NCBI GenBank assembly: GCA_965112155.1
Contig: OZ218103.1
Direction: 5' to 3' (one strand)
From: Podarcis liolepis
Lineage: Eukaryota
DNA length: 64,000 nucleotides
How positions within the stretch are numbered: the first letter of the stretch is position 1; each line of letters opens with the position of its first letter. This document shows, in pieces, positions 1-11,820 of this stretch. Both the position numbers and the translations under genes were made by a program. The notes beneath the pieces were generated by a model, which searched no databases, was not told the DNA's origin, and saw only the letters and a list, made by a program, of their open reading frames with translations.

Positions 1-1857
1 ACTTGCAGGGTCACAGCTCAACTGTCCCACACAGAGTTTCCATGCCACCTCAAAGACAAAACTTTTAAATGGAAGCCATTCATACATTCCACATCAGCAC
101 ATCAAAGGGTAAAAGATCAATTGATGAGCATGTGTGAGTTGCCCTATTTTCCTCAATAGTGTAAAGCAAGAGATCATCGGTTGCTTTTATCTCAGTGGTT
201 CCTTTGTTTATTAAGTGTATTTCTTGGATGGATGCCAAACTGCCCCTTTTCCCCATCCTTTCATGTTCCCCTGCCTTAGTGTTGTCATACTAGTGGCAGA
301 GAATGAGGCTGAAAGAGGTGGTAAAATAGTAACACTTCAGCCTGCAAGTGAATGTTTCTCTATGTAAGCAGAAAGCTAGTAAGCAAAGCAAGGGGTAGGC
401 TTGAACTCTGTTCCCCGATCTGTTGGTTTTCTATCAACAGGGAGGTTTTTAGATGAAAGAGCTATACAAAGCAATGATCTCCTACCTGCAATCTGAAGTG
501 GTGCTTCCTCATTCTGCTCTATGTGTAGACTAGGGCTGCTCCTCAAGTGAAGCCATGGTGATGCCTTTCATTGCGCCCATTTTTGTAGACATCCATATAC
601 CTGCTTTGGACATTTTAACAGAGTTCTTCATTGAGAAATAATAGGAAGATTGGCATGTACACATTACCTGCAAAATAAATAAAAAACTCTGTCTAGCATA
701 GATATATGCATTTATCTTGGGGCATTAAAGTACGGTTTTCCTTCAGTGGCATCCAGAATTTATACATTATTATGATTATTAATTTCCATATAGGAGGAAG
801 TAACATAGAAGTCTGTCCTGAGAATTTGTGGCTGCTATGAGACCGTTGGAGGAAAGCAATAAAATGAATATGCTATGTGTAGAAACCATCTTAGGTCTGC
901 CCCTTAAATTTCTTAAGAATGTATTGTATCCCTTTATATATTACTGAAGCTTTAGGAATGAAGGCGTAGGTGAAATGCTCTCCCCAGGGAGGTTTGCCTG
1001 GCACATTTATTATATACCTTTAGGCACCTCTTCAACCAGGCCTTGGGCTGACTAGCATCCTGTTAAATGTGTTGTGAGTGGGAGCATTGTTTTATTTTGT
1101 TTTGTTCTTGTTTTTTATGTATTTTCTGTTTTTATCTTGTATTTTTATGCTGTGAACTACCTTGAGAGATCTATGGATGAAGAGCAACATACACATTTTA
1201 TAAATAATAATATAGAAAGTACCCACACTGGGTCCCTTGCCCTCTAGGCTTTGCAATGTAAATGGTAGTTATGCATACCTGGGAATCAAAATGGCGGCTC
1301 AGCCTTGTCTGTGGATTGGGTGTCTTATTCATTTGCCAACTAATATGAGGAAATGTCCCTTGCCCCTACTTTTTTCTCTTTCTTAATATTACTGAAGTGC
1401 AAAACTGCTCTGGAGATTTAAGTGAAGGTTTCTTGGTGTTGCCAGCCAATCAGCATTGTGCAGAGCAAGCTGGAGCTACAGGTATCTTGAGCATTCCCTC
1501 TTCCCTAATAGCTGGAAAGGAAAATTGCATTTTAAAAAAGTTATGTCTGTCTTCGCCCTTAGTGTAGATTTTTAAAATTCATTCATCCCAGAACATTAAA
1601 GAAAATGTTTTCTACAAGTGTGCAGCTGTAGAAGGAGGAGGTACCACTGTTAATAACACTGTTTGAAACATTTCCCATAGCTGTCGAACTAAGCTTTTGC
1701 CTTCTGGGAACTTATTATTCGTGTGATTAAAATCTCATCTCTTAAGAGTTTCCTCTGCATTTAATACCATTTCCTTGCTACCTAGGGCAGGCACTGCTAT
1801 GCAGTTCCAGTGATGCGAGGAGACTTTCATTACTCGTTTAAACAATGGCACTAAATC

Positions 1858-1867
1858 CCATAAAAGG
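1858..1867. promoter_or_regulatory. Consensus CArG box (SRF site) in presumed intron 1
   Basis: CCATAAAAGG fits CC(A/T)6GG. A SOX-type AACAATGG lies 10 bp upstream, in non-repetitive sequence. Confidence 0.35.
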
Positions 1868-2326
1868 TATATTTTCTGGTGCATGCAGCAGTCAGCAATG
1901 GGGTCATGGAAGCGGCTGAAAAAATCAATAGAAGTTGCAGGTTAAAGGGCATTTTCCAAGCTACTCATTTCTCCCCTCTTTTTTGCTAGCAGGACTTTGT
2001 ACACAGCTTTGACAAATATATCGCTCTAGCTAATTCCAGCCTTGCATCGCAAAATTTTGCACTTGCTGCAGCCACCATCATCGCCACAGGTGCTCCCAGT
2101 GATGTGTTACACCTTTTCTCCTGCTGCAGCCTCTGCCACTAATTGGCACTTTGGCTTGCTTCTGTTTTCTTGTTTATTGCCTTTGGAGATGTGTTGATCC
2201 TCCTCTGATTATTTATTGCACAACTTCTGTGCCTTTAACAGATGCATCATAGGAAATAATCACACAGGAGAAGTTTTCTAAAGCATGGAGCAGGCTAAAT
2301 GTCAAATACCAAGTGCCATGCATTTA

Positions 2327-2568
2327 CAGTGGTACCTCGGGTTACATACGATTCAGGTTACATACGCTTCAGGTTACAGACTCCACTAACCCAGAAATAG
2401 TACCTCGGGTTAAGAACTTTGCTTCAGGATGAGAACGGAAATTGTGCTCTGGTGGCGCGGCAGCAGCAGGAGGCCCCATTAGCTAAAGTAGTGCTTCAGG
2501 TTAAGAACAGTTTCAGGTTAGGAACGGACCTTCAGAACGAATTAAATCATTAACCCGAGGTACCACTG
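2327..2568 (+). mobile_element. Tc1/mariner (Tigger-like) MITE, family A
   Basis: TIR CAGTGGTACCTCGGGTTA...TAACCCGAGGTACCACTG with TA target duplication. Confidence 0.92.
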
Positions 2569-2657
2569 TATGTCTCCTGTCAAAGTATGCCAATAACCTG
2601 TGCCAAAGTAAATCTAAAGTGCCTGGGTGAAGCAGGTGGGGGGCTTTGTGGTGCCAT

Positions 2658-2915
2658 TGTTGTTGTTTAGTTGCTTAGTCGTTTCCGACTCTTCGTGACC
2701 CCATGAACCAGAGCACGCCATGCACTCCTGTCTTCCACTGCCTCCCACAGTTTGGTCAAACTCATGCTGGTAGCTTCAAGGACACTGTCCAACCATCTCG
2801 TCCTCTGTCGTCCCCTTCTCCTTGTGCCCTCAGTCTTTCCCAGCATTAGGGTCTTTACCAGGGAGTCTTCTCATCTCATGAGGTGGCCAAAGTACTGGAG
2901 CCTCAGCTTCAGGAT
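2658..2915 (-). mobile_element. Bov-B (RTE clade LINE), 5'-truncated
   Basis: (CAA)n tail on the minus strand. TSD TGGTGCCAT at 2649-57 and 2918-26. Homologous to the copies at 28033 and 41700. Confidence 0.9.
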
Positions 2916-5267
2916 TTTGGTGCCATAGACTAACACAAAAGCTATTGGGATTTCTGTCCTGTAGAGCAACCTCCCCCAACCTGTTGTAGTCCAGAGGATT
3001 TGGAGGGCACCAGGTAGGAGACAGCTAGGCTATTTTGCTCTTGCTCTTCCCACCAGCATTGCACTTGATGGTCAGAGCAATGTGTCTCTTCTAGAGTCTG
3101 GTGGGAAACCGCCATCTTAGAAGAGGTTACTAATCATTATGGAAGGATTCCTTAATTGCACTCTCTGATTCCAAGTTCTAATGATTCTGAGATGGCAAAT
3201 GGGAATGAACTCTTTCTTCCTTCTCTGGAGGCTTAAGGAAAGTGGGACGTGCAGTCTTGTGATAAATCTTTTATTCATATTTGGAAGGATGTCAAAGTGC
3301 AATGTCTGCTCATTCAGTAGTTCCATAATTTTGAGTTTTTAAATAAAGACTGAAAGATCTACGCCCTGGTATTATAGATCTAGTGTAGCCAATGTGCGGC
3401 CGCAGCCAGCATAGCCAGTGGTCAGAGATTATGGGAGCTGCTGTCCAGCAACATCTAGAGGAAGGGGCAGACCTTGGTAAAATGCCGCCCTTTTGTGAGG
3501 CCATTTGACACCCTCCCCCCAGCCCACATGACACCGGCTTAAGCTGGGGCTTGGGAAGAAGGCATGAGGCTCTGGCAGGGTCCTAGAGCCCTCCTACCTC
3601 CTTCCCAAGGCCACTTGTCTAGTTTTGGGAATAAGGAGTCTAGGACCCTGTCAGAGCCCTCACACCAGGCTTTGAAGTGCACCTTCCACACTACTCACAC
3701 TACCCTAAATCTGCTTCTGCTAGAAGGCCCCACATCAGCTGTCCTGTTATAGATTGCATCAGAGGACCTAGAAACTAAGGCAGTGGGGTGACCTTTGGGA
3801 GGATATGTCCTTTCTGATACACATGTGCATATGATTGTGACTTGTATGGCTAGGTGAATACAGAGGCATAGCGTGGGAGGGGGCTGTGGGGGCCATGGCC
3901 CTGGGTGCAATTTTGAGAAGAGGCCAGAAGGAGCTGCAGAGCAATCAATGAAAATTTGATGGATGTTTGTTCCAATTCAGCAATAATTTGTGGGCTTTCC
4001 CAGGGAAAGTAGTGGGACAAAAGAAAAAACCTCTCAGACCCATGCCTAGAAATCATGGGTCAAACAAAACTGTGGGTCATCCCTGTCAGAAATGTAAGTA
4101 ACACATACCAGGAGGTCAGCACAAAAATAAATGGTTTTGTAGCTGCACCTACAGTTTAGCTGATTCCCCCATTTGTATGGTGGAATGAGGAGACAAGTTG
4201 AATTTCTCCCAAAAGATTGCTGTGCCTAGTTTCCATTCTAATGGCCCATCAAGCCCATTGCAAATTCTTCCCAATGGCTTTCCATTTTATTTTGTTGCTT
4301 AAATGAAACTTTAATGCAGCCCTGAGTCTGGTTACGAAAGCAACTTGCTTTTGAATACCATTGGATGTTATTCAAAGCAGTGACTCTCTCTGCAGCTGCC
4401 CTATTCTGAGTACATGTGCTTTCTTGTTTGGAATTTGAATATACAAAAGCCTATGGGTGGCCTATGAAATCCTAAAGTGCAGGTCAGCTGCTCAAACCAA
4501 TATGTAGATCTGTCTTAACTTAAGACAGCAATAAATTTGGCAGCATAGAGAGCGCCCCGGAAATGCCCCCCCCCACACACACACACATTGCCATCTCTGC
4601 AACAAGCTATTTGCGCAAAACCTTCACGGGATCAGCGCTGATGCCTCCATGTTTTTTGACTATGGACACTGGATGTGTATTATAGTTCAAGATTTTAAAT
4701 ATGTTTTAGCCCAAACATAGGGTAGGGTACAAATCCTCACTTGGACATGAAGCAGCCTCTCAGCCAAACCTGCCTCACAAGGTTGCTGTGGGGATTAAAT
4801 GAGGAGGGGGTGGGAACCAGCTCCTTGGAGAAAAAGCTGGGATATAAATGCAATAATTAAATAGAAATCTGATGTGCCATTGTAATGGGGATCTGCCAAG
4901 GGTGAAATAGACCATCACTCAAACTCTTAAGGGGCAAAGTAGTGTTGTGAAAAAAATATTACAAAGACACTTACAGCTTTGTTCACACTTCTGTGCACCC
5001 CATGCCTAAAAGCATTGGGGGTTGAGTGGTTTTCCATTTGCCGCATTGCTTTCCCCAAGAAAACCCACTGTTTACTGCTGAATCACAGAAGAAGAAGAAG
5101 ACGAAGACGAAGATGAAGAAGAAAACAATTGACATTTGTTCCAATTCAGCAGTGAACAGCCGATTCTCCCAAGAGATAGCAGGCAGGAGAAGTGGAAGTG
5201 TGGACAATCCCTAAATCCTTGGGACACACCCACCCACATCCCGGGGAAATGGAAATCCTGTTTGAGG

Positions 5268-5752
5268 AAGGGCCATAGCTCAGTAGTAGAGCATCTGCCT
5301 TGGTACACTTATGAACATTTAACATATAACTAAGACCTCAAAATTCCTATCACACATGCAAGTTATCCCAGGTTCAGTCCCCAGCATCTCCAGGTGGGAC
5401 TGGAAGAGAACCCTGCCTGAAACCCTGGAGAAATCACTGCCAGTCAATGGAGACAATATGGAGCTAAGTGGACCATTGGCTTGTCTCGGGACTCATCCAC
5501 ACTTCACTAGGCCTGCACCTAGTGAGCACAGGTCTGAGAGGTTTCCCACTTGTCCCCTGCTTTCTAGGCATGAGCCTGAGCAGTTTTCTCTTTGCCCTAC
5601 CACTCTGTATCATGGAATCAGAGCAAACATCAATCCACAGAAAAGTCGATTGACGTTTGCTCCAATTCAGCAGTAAAGAGTAGGTTTTCCTGGGGGACAG
5701 GACAAGTGGGTGTGTGGATGAGCCCTCGGTATAAGGCAGCTTGCTGTGTTCC
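5268..5752 (+). mobile_element. tRNA-derived SINE interrupted by two insertions (other copies at about 11820-11935, 23850-23970, 35910-36070 minus and 45310-45460 minus)
   Basis: A-box TAGCTCAGTAGTAGAGC, B-box-like GGTTCAGTCC, and tail TATAAGGCAGCTT...TGTTCCT resuming after the MITE. Confidence 0.72.
5489..5725. mobile_element. PIF/Harbinger-like MITE inserted into a SINE tail (related copies at about 3940-4090, 4978-5211, 18079-18335 and 49721-49914)
   Basis: 14-bp TIR GGACTCATCCACAC / GTGTGGATGAGCCC with 3-bp TSD TCG. Shared core TTTGCTCCAATTCAGCAGTAAA across copies. Confidence 0.72.
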
Positions 5753-6260
5753 TAGCTTGCTGTGTTCTTGTCCTCCTGCCCTTGGGAAAGTGGGGGTTGG
5801 GTAAGAATCCCTTTCAGTGCAAGGGAGTGTCCGCATAATGGAATGTAGGTGAGTGGGAGGACAATGAAGCCTCCTCTAGTAGACAGCATGTACCGAGTGT
5901 CTCGTAAAGTAAATTGTTTGCACTGAGTTTCCACTGTTTACTCCTGCATTGAGTGCATGCCCAGAAGATCTTTGCCCACCTGCATGAGGGCTTGGAAGAG
6001 GCAGCCTGTCTCTGCAGGAAGCCGTGGGTCTGGTCACTTTTTAGGCTCATTACGAGTGGGTGGTGAAAGAGACAAGATGATGTCCTCGCTGTGGCTTGGA
6101 CTCAGCCTGCTTCACAAACGCTGCAGCCAGCAAGCTGCATTTGTTGCATCACAATAAAGCAGAGCATCACATCCCTTGAACAATGACTCGGTCCATCTCT
6201 TCTGTGTGGAGACTGTGTCACCAGGAACTGTGGGGCTCTTACGTGATTGCTCAACTGCAG

Positions 6261-6262
<2 letters not shown>

Positions 6263-6298
<36 letters not shown>
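6263..6298. repeat. (TG)n microsatellite
   Basis: Seen directly. Confidence 0.95.
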
Positions 6299-6302
<4 letters not shown>

Positions 6303-6415
6303 GAGAAGGCTAGAAGACAAGAGGGTTTAGAAATCTCACTGGGGAGAGAGGTTAAAAAGAAAGCACTACAAGTGATGTTAATGGTTTTGGGAGGAACTGC
6401 TATTCATTGTTATAG

Positions 6416-7412
6416 CAGTGTTTCCCAACCTTTTTTGGGCAAAGGCACACTTGTTTCATGAAAAAAATCTCGAGGCACACCACCATTACAGCCCCGTGAC
6501 GTCAGCGCGCAGCGTCACGCCGGGAGGGACGCACGAAAGTGTAAGTTTCAATTTTCCCCCCTCCCCCTTGCCTTCCTTCTGTGCCAACCGCCAAAAAGCC
6601 AAGAAAAAAGCCAAGACTTTAGGGCAGCAGGTCGACACGGAAGAAGCTCCTACCTAAGGACAGGTGCGACGGCCGTGTCCTCTTCTGCCACACTTGGCAG
6701 CCCTGCCTCACGGTCGTGACTCCCACCCTGATTTCTCCCCGCAGGTCGAGCGGCACAGGCAGCCCAATGTGTCCAGCCCAGACACAAGCCCCGCTTCCCC
6801 ACTCTAGATCCTGAATGCGACCAAGTGCTCTGGACTCCCGAGCAGGATGGGAAAGAGGACTCGCATCTGGTAGCCTCCAGGCTCCTCGCCTGCTCGAGGG
6901 ATGGCATTGCAGGCAAGCTGCCGGCCGTCGCCATCGCTGCCCCCTCATGCGAGTGGACCTGCCCAGAGTGGTGGGCTGGGGGAGGCTCGCTCTCTGTGGG
7001 GATGTGGCCCGCACGCGCGGCCCCGCTTCCTCCTGCCCAGGGCTGAGCTCCTTACCCGCGATCTCGGTCTCGCGCACGCGGATCCCACTTATTCCGAAGC
7101 TCGCACCACTAGCCGGGGCTCTCACACCGTGCCAGGGCGAGGCGGCGCGGCCCACTGACGTCATCGCGGCTCGCCGCCGCCCTCGACTTCCCTGTTCCCT
7201 CCCCTCCCTCGGGTCGCCGTGGTTACCGAGGACTGCAAGCTGCTCGGGCGAGCGTGGGGCATTAAGTGGGAGAAGGAAAATTAAAATTAAAACTCGCCTG
7301 AAGGCCGCCTCTCCGGATATGAAGCTATCTTTCGAATTTTTTAATTTTTCCCGCGGCACACCAGGCAACATCTCGCGGCACACTAGTGTGCCGCGGAACA
7401 GTGGTTGGGAAA
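6416..7412. mobile_element. Non-autonomous hAT element with CpG-rich interior; right end clipped
   Basis: Left end CAGTGTTTCCCAACC. Right end GGTTGGGAAA lacks the final CACTG and the TSD. Subterminal (C)GGCACAC repeats. Confidence 0.75.
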
Positions 7413-7433
7413 GAACTCCTCTCTCTCTCCCTC

Positions 7434-7481
<48 letters not shown>

Positions 7482-8887
7482 GGGGACCACCCAGTCCAGA
7501 TCTGACCTCAAATCAATTTGCAGGCAGGGCTAAACCCTACTGAACATCTGGATGGGGAAGGAGATTGTGTGTCTCCTCCCCCACCCCTAAGGAGAGCCAA
7601 AGTGTTCAGTCCTGTGGAGGTGCTGCTTCACAGGCTAAGGAACACTCTGCACCCCACAGGATCGAATCCTCCACTCACTAGCTGGTGAGCAGAGGATTCA
7701 CTCCTTCTGGGGCCTGCTTCCTTTCCTGCCCATGACAGAATAAGATCCACAAGTAGCCACTAAGCCTCTAAAACCCTTTTGTCGTTCCCATCCCTTGTAA
7801 TATGTGAACTGAAAACCTGATAACAAAAGAACTTTCCTGTGGGAAATGAACTGATTGCCTAAATGCTACAATGCGCCTCACTACTGAGGTTTGTTCCTAC
7901 CGTCACTGAAAAGGTTGTGTAAAACCGACTTTACCTTTGGACTTGTACATGCGGGCGAAGGCGGTTTTACACATACCTATGCAGAGCAACTCTTTGTAGT
8001 AGCTGCAGCACTTTTAAGTAACGTACCAGGAAAAAAGCAATTGCTTCTGAGTAGCTTGTTACTTGAAGCAGGTTACAGGAAGTTAGTTAGTCAGACTGTG
8101 CACTGAATCTCTTGATGCTAACATCCTGAGTACCGTGATGCAGCATTTTTATGCCTGACAGTATGCTTAAATGCTTACAGGCTTAAATTTACTCTTTTAT
8201 CATTATGATCAAAGAACTGTACAGCTTTGATTTGTACAATTTAAAAGTTACTATTTTCACATTTGTCATTGGAGCGTTCTGCCCTTTTCTACAGGGTCTC
8301 AGAGCTTGCGTGCACATTGTTGTTTCTGTGGAGTTGTGCGTGGTAACCTTAAAAGCCCTCTATGCATCAACAGGAGGGGTCTGAATTGTGCATCTTATGA
8401 GGCTCCGCTCCCCCTTTATTCTCTCCCAGGGTGGCCCTGCCCTCTGCCTGCCCCTCAGAGTCAGTGCATGAAAATGAGTCCCTCCTGTTCCTGTCCAGTT
8501 TCATTCACTATTCCACCTGCACCCGCTTATTCATTTGAGCAGCAGACAGCAGCAGAGGTGCAACAGGGGTCAAACTCCACAGAGATGGAGGTTTTAAGTA
8601 GCTCCAGCTTGCTACATTGATGGCTCTTTGCTCCCTGGCTGCGCAGTAAACAGCAAGAGAGAATGCAGAAGGGTGATCTTTCAGGTTGGAAGCCTGGTGA
8701 GATCTGATCTTTACTTTTCCCCCTTTTTTAGAAAGAAAGATGAGTAAAGTAAATGGTGAAGGAAACTGGTTTACTTCAGGTATTGCTTTAATTGAGTAGT
8801 TTTTGCCAAACAGGAAACCATGTGGGCATCTAATTTCAAGGGAAGGTATTCTGAATCAGATCTTTGGGTTGTTTTGTCAATAGCAGG

Positions 8888-8921
<34 letters not shown>

Positions 8922-9277
8922 TATTTATTTATTTATTTGTACCTATTGTGTGGCACAGTGGAACACATGTAATGAAGTGTCTGAGGCGCATTGCATCTGA
9001 GGATTTGTGGGTGTTTTATCAGTCAGCGGTAGGAGTGATTTAGCCATGTGAAGATGTTGATGTTTTTGTTGGAGGGCTTCTGGGGTTTTTTGTTTGTTTG
9101 TTTGTTTCCTGACATGATCACCTTGATCAGTTGAAATGTTTGTTGATCTTCCATGATAATGCTGTAGTTTGGCCAAATCAGAGCCTTAGGTTTCACCACT
9201 GACGCTGCTTTAAAAAAATAATAATCCTTTGTGTTGGGTGAGCGGGTGCCGCGGCTTGAGTGAAATGGCCTTGCAGG

Positions 9278-9287
9278 CCAAATTAGG
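9278..9287. promoter_or_regulatory. Consensus CArG box (SRF site) in presumed intron 1
   Basis: CCAAATTAGG fits CC(A/T)6GG and sits in a small CpG-retaining patch at 9200-9300. Confidence 0.4.
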
Positions 9288-9914
9288 ATTCCCGCAGAGC
9301 CAAATTGCACCTGCCAGCTGGAGGCTCTGCATGCCTCCCATATAGACTGGTCTCCCTGCTGGCAACACAAATGTACCAGACACTGGAGAAACCTCCAGTG
9401 TGAAGGCTGTACAACAAGTCTGCAGTTGAAGTAACTGCTGTGTGACTAGCCTATGCCTGCCACAAAAACCAATGGAGGGTATCTGATACCTGCTATTTCT
9501 TCCTCCTACCATGGCGATAACTGCCATGACCTCTCCACCTGAAGTTCAGTTCAGCCATGAACTCATTCAGTAGCCGTCTCTCTCAGCCTCAGCTGCCCAT
9601 CGGCAATTATGAGCATAGCAATACTTCTGTGCCAAATTACAGGGCTGTTGTAAAGATTCCTGGTGCGTGTGAAGCGCTCTAAAGCTCTATATAAATGCTA
9701 GATGTTATTATCATTACAAAATGCTGTGGGGTTTATATCCACTCACCTTGATCTAAATTATGAATTGACCTAATTTGACTGATTGATCAAATGTGTCTTT
9801 TCCTCACACCTGAGACAGTCCTGAAGTGAAATAATCAACAGACTGTTAAACACAAAGTAATATTTTGTAAATATGCCTATCGCTGTGTATGCCCTGGCAT
9901 ATTTTTCTTTCTCT

Positions 9915-10652
9915 ATAATAATAATAATAATTAATAATAATAATTTATTATTTATACCCCGTCCAACTTGCTGGGTTTCCCCAGCCACTCTGGGCTGCTT
10001 CCAAAAAACACTAAAATACAATAACCTATTAAACATTAAAAGCTTCCCTAAACAGGGCTGCCTTCAGGTGTCTTCTAAAAGTTTGGTAGTTATTTTTCTC
10101 TTTGACATCTGATGGGAGGGCGTTCCACAGGGTGGGCACCACCACCGAGAAGGCCCTGTGCCTGGTCCCCTGTAACTTGGCTTCTCGCAGTAAGGCAGCC
10201 GCCAGAAGGCCCTCGGCGCTGGACCTCAGTGTCCGGGCAGAACGATGGAGGTGGAGACACTCCTTCAGGTATACTGGACCGAGGCCGTTTAGGGCTTTAA
10301 AGGTCAGCACCAACACTTTGAATTGTGCTCAGAAACGTACTGGGAGTCAGTGTAGGTCTTTCAAGGTGTTATGTGGTCTCAGCAGCCGCTCCCAGTCACC
10401 AGTTTAGCTGCCGCATTCTGGATTAGTTGTAGTTTCCGGGTCACCTTCAAAGGTAGCCCCCACATAGAGCGCATTGCAGTAGTCCAAGCGGGAGATAACC
10501 AGAGCATGCACCACTCTGGCGAGACAGTCTGCAGGCAGGTAGGGTCTCAGCCTGCGTACCAGATGGAGCTGATAAACAGCTGCCCTGTCCCCCAAAAACA
10601 GTACTTCTGTCTTGTCAGGATTCAACCTCAATCTGTTAGCCACCATCCATCC
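9915..10652 (-). mobile_element. L2-clade LINE 3' fragment with an internal deletion
   Basis: Minus-strand peptides NRLRLNPDKTEVL, VHALVISRLDYCNALY and LVLTFKALNGLGPVYL...WNALP are typical L2 ORF2 C-terminal motifs. (ATT)n tail. A short 3' end of the same family lies at about 32430-32526 (+). Confidence 0.9.
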
Positions 10653-11509
10653 AAACTACTAGTTGTTAGTTTTGGCTAGGATGAGTTTACACCGAGAAAG
10701 ATTCTATTAGGATAGAGGGGCAGTTTGTTCCTCTGCCTAAAGTGCCCCTGCATTCCTCCATTGTAGCTGAAGGGCATGGGATCAACTTCTCCCTCTATCA
10801 TCTACTGGAAGCACTAAGAGAGCTCCTCTTTTCCACCATCGTAAGGCACCGCTTCCTTCTTAACAACTTAGTCTTTAGGGCTTGACTGCTCCCAGCTGCC
10901 CCCCTCTCATGCCTGCTGCACACACAGGTCTCTGCTTTGCAGAGCTGCAGAACCGCCCAGCAGGGTCCTTGAAATTGCTCTTGGCAGCAGAGCCTGGCTC
11001 CCTGCCAACAACCCAGTCTCTCTGGGAGTGCGCTGTTAGGTGAAACTGCCAAGGGGGGTGTTTATTTCCATTTGGGTCTGTGATGATGTAAAGGGATTTC
11101 TTTGCCATTGGCAGTTTCTGTCTGCTTTAAGCAAGTCGCTTCCTGGAACCACACTGTTTGTTAGCTTGGGTAGATTATTGTTCAAAAAAAGCCAGGAGGT
11201 ATTGAGGCAGGCACTACTAAGGCTTATCCTACGCAGAGTGCTGCATCGTATTTTATGGCAACCCCTTACTTCTGCTAATGGTTTTGTATATACCAAATGG
11301 GAAATCCACCCATGGCAAAGATGCAATAGTGGGTGTGGCAAATTAGGTTACCGGCAAAGGTAAAAGAAGTACTGCTGCACTGTTAAAAGTAAATGTTCCA
11401 GATCTCTCCTGAATATTTATCCCATACGTAGGGAGAGGAGAAAGAAGCAGTACAATGTGATCATTTAGCAAAGGGCCATGGGTCGGTGGTAAGAGGGGTT
11501 CGAGAGGTC

Positions 11510-11820
11510 CAGGGGGTGGCAACATGAGAACGGGCCTGCTCTGCAGTGGCTCCCCATCTGTGGAATGCTCTCCCCAGGAAGGTTTGCCTGGCGCCTTCGT
11601 TATACACTTTTAGGTGCCAGGCAAAAACATTCCTTTTTAACCAGCCCTTTAGTTGATCCGATTTACATCCTATGCCCTTTTAAAATGTGCTCTTTTGTGG
11701 GGGGCAGTTGTTGTTTTTATTAGGTATTTTGTGGTTTTACGTCTTGATTTAATTCTGTGAATCGCCCTGAGACCCCAGGGTATAGGGCGGTATATAAATT
11801 CTAATAATAATAATAATAAT
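11510..11820 (+). mobile_element. L2-clade LINE 3' end (older related copy at about 970-1210)
   Basis: TGGAATGCTCTCCCC (WNALP) motif, T-rich 3' UTR, GGGCGGTATATAAAT and (TAA)n tail. Confidence 0.75.

Noticed and set aside
6619-7543. Overlapping 254-aa and 242-aa ORFs and a CpG island as possible TSPAN2 exon 1 or promoter
   Set aside because: The region lies within hAT termini. GC richness explains the scarcity of stops, and no tetraspanin N-terminal peptide (KYLL..FN..FW) is encoded.
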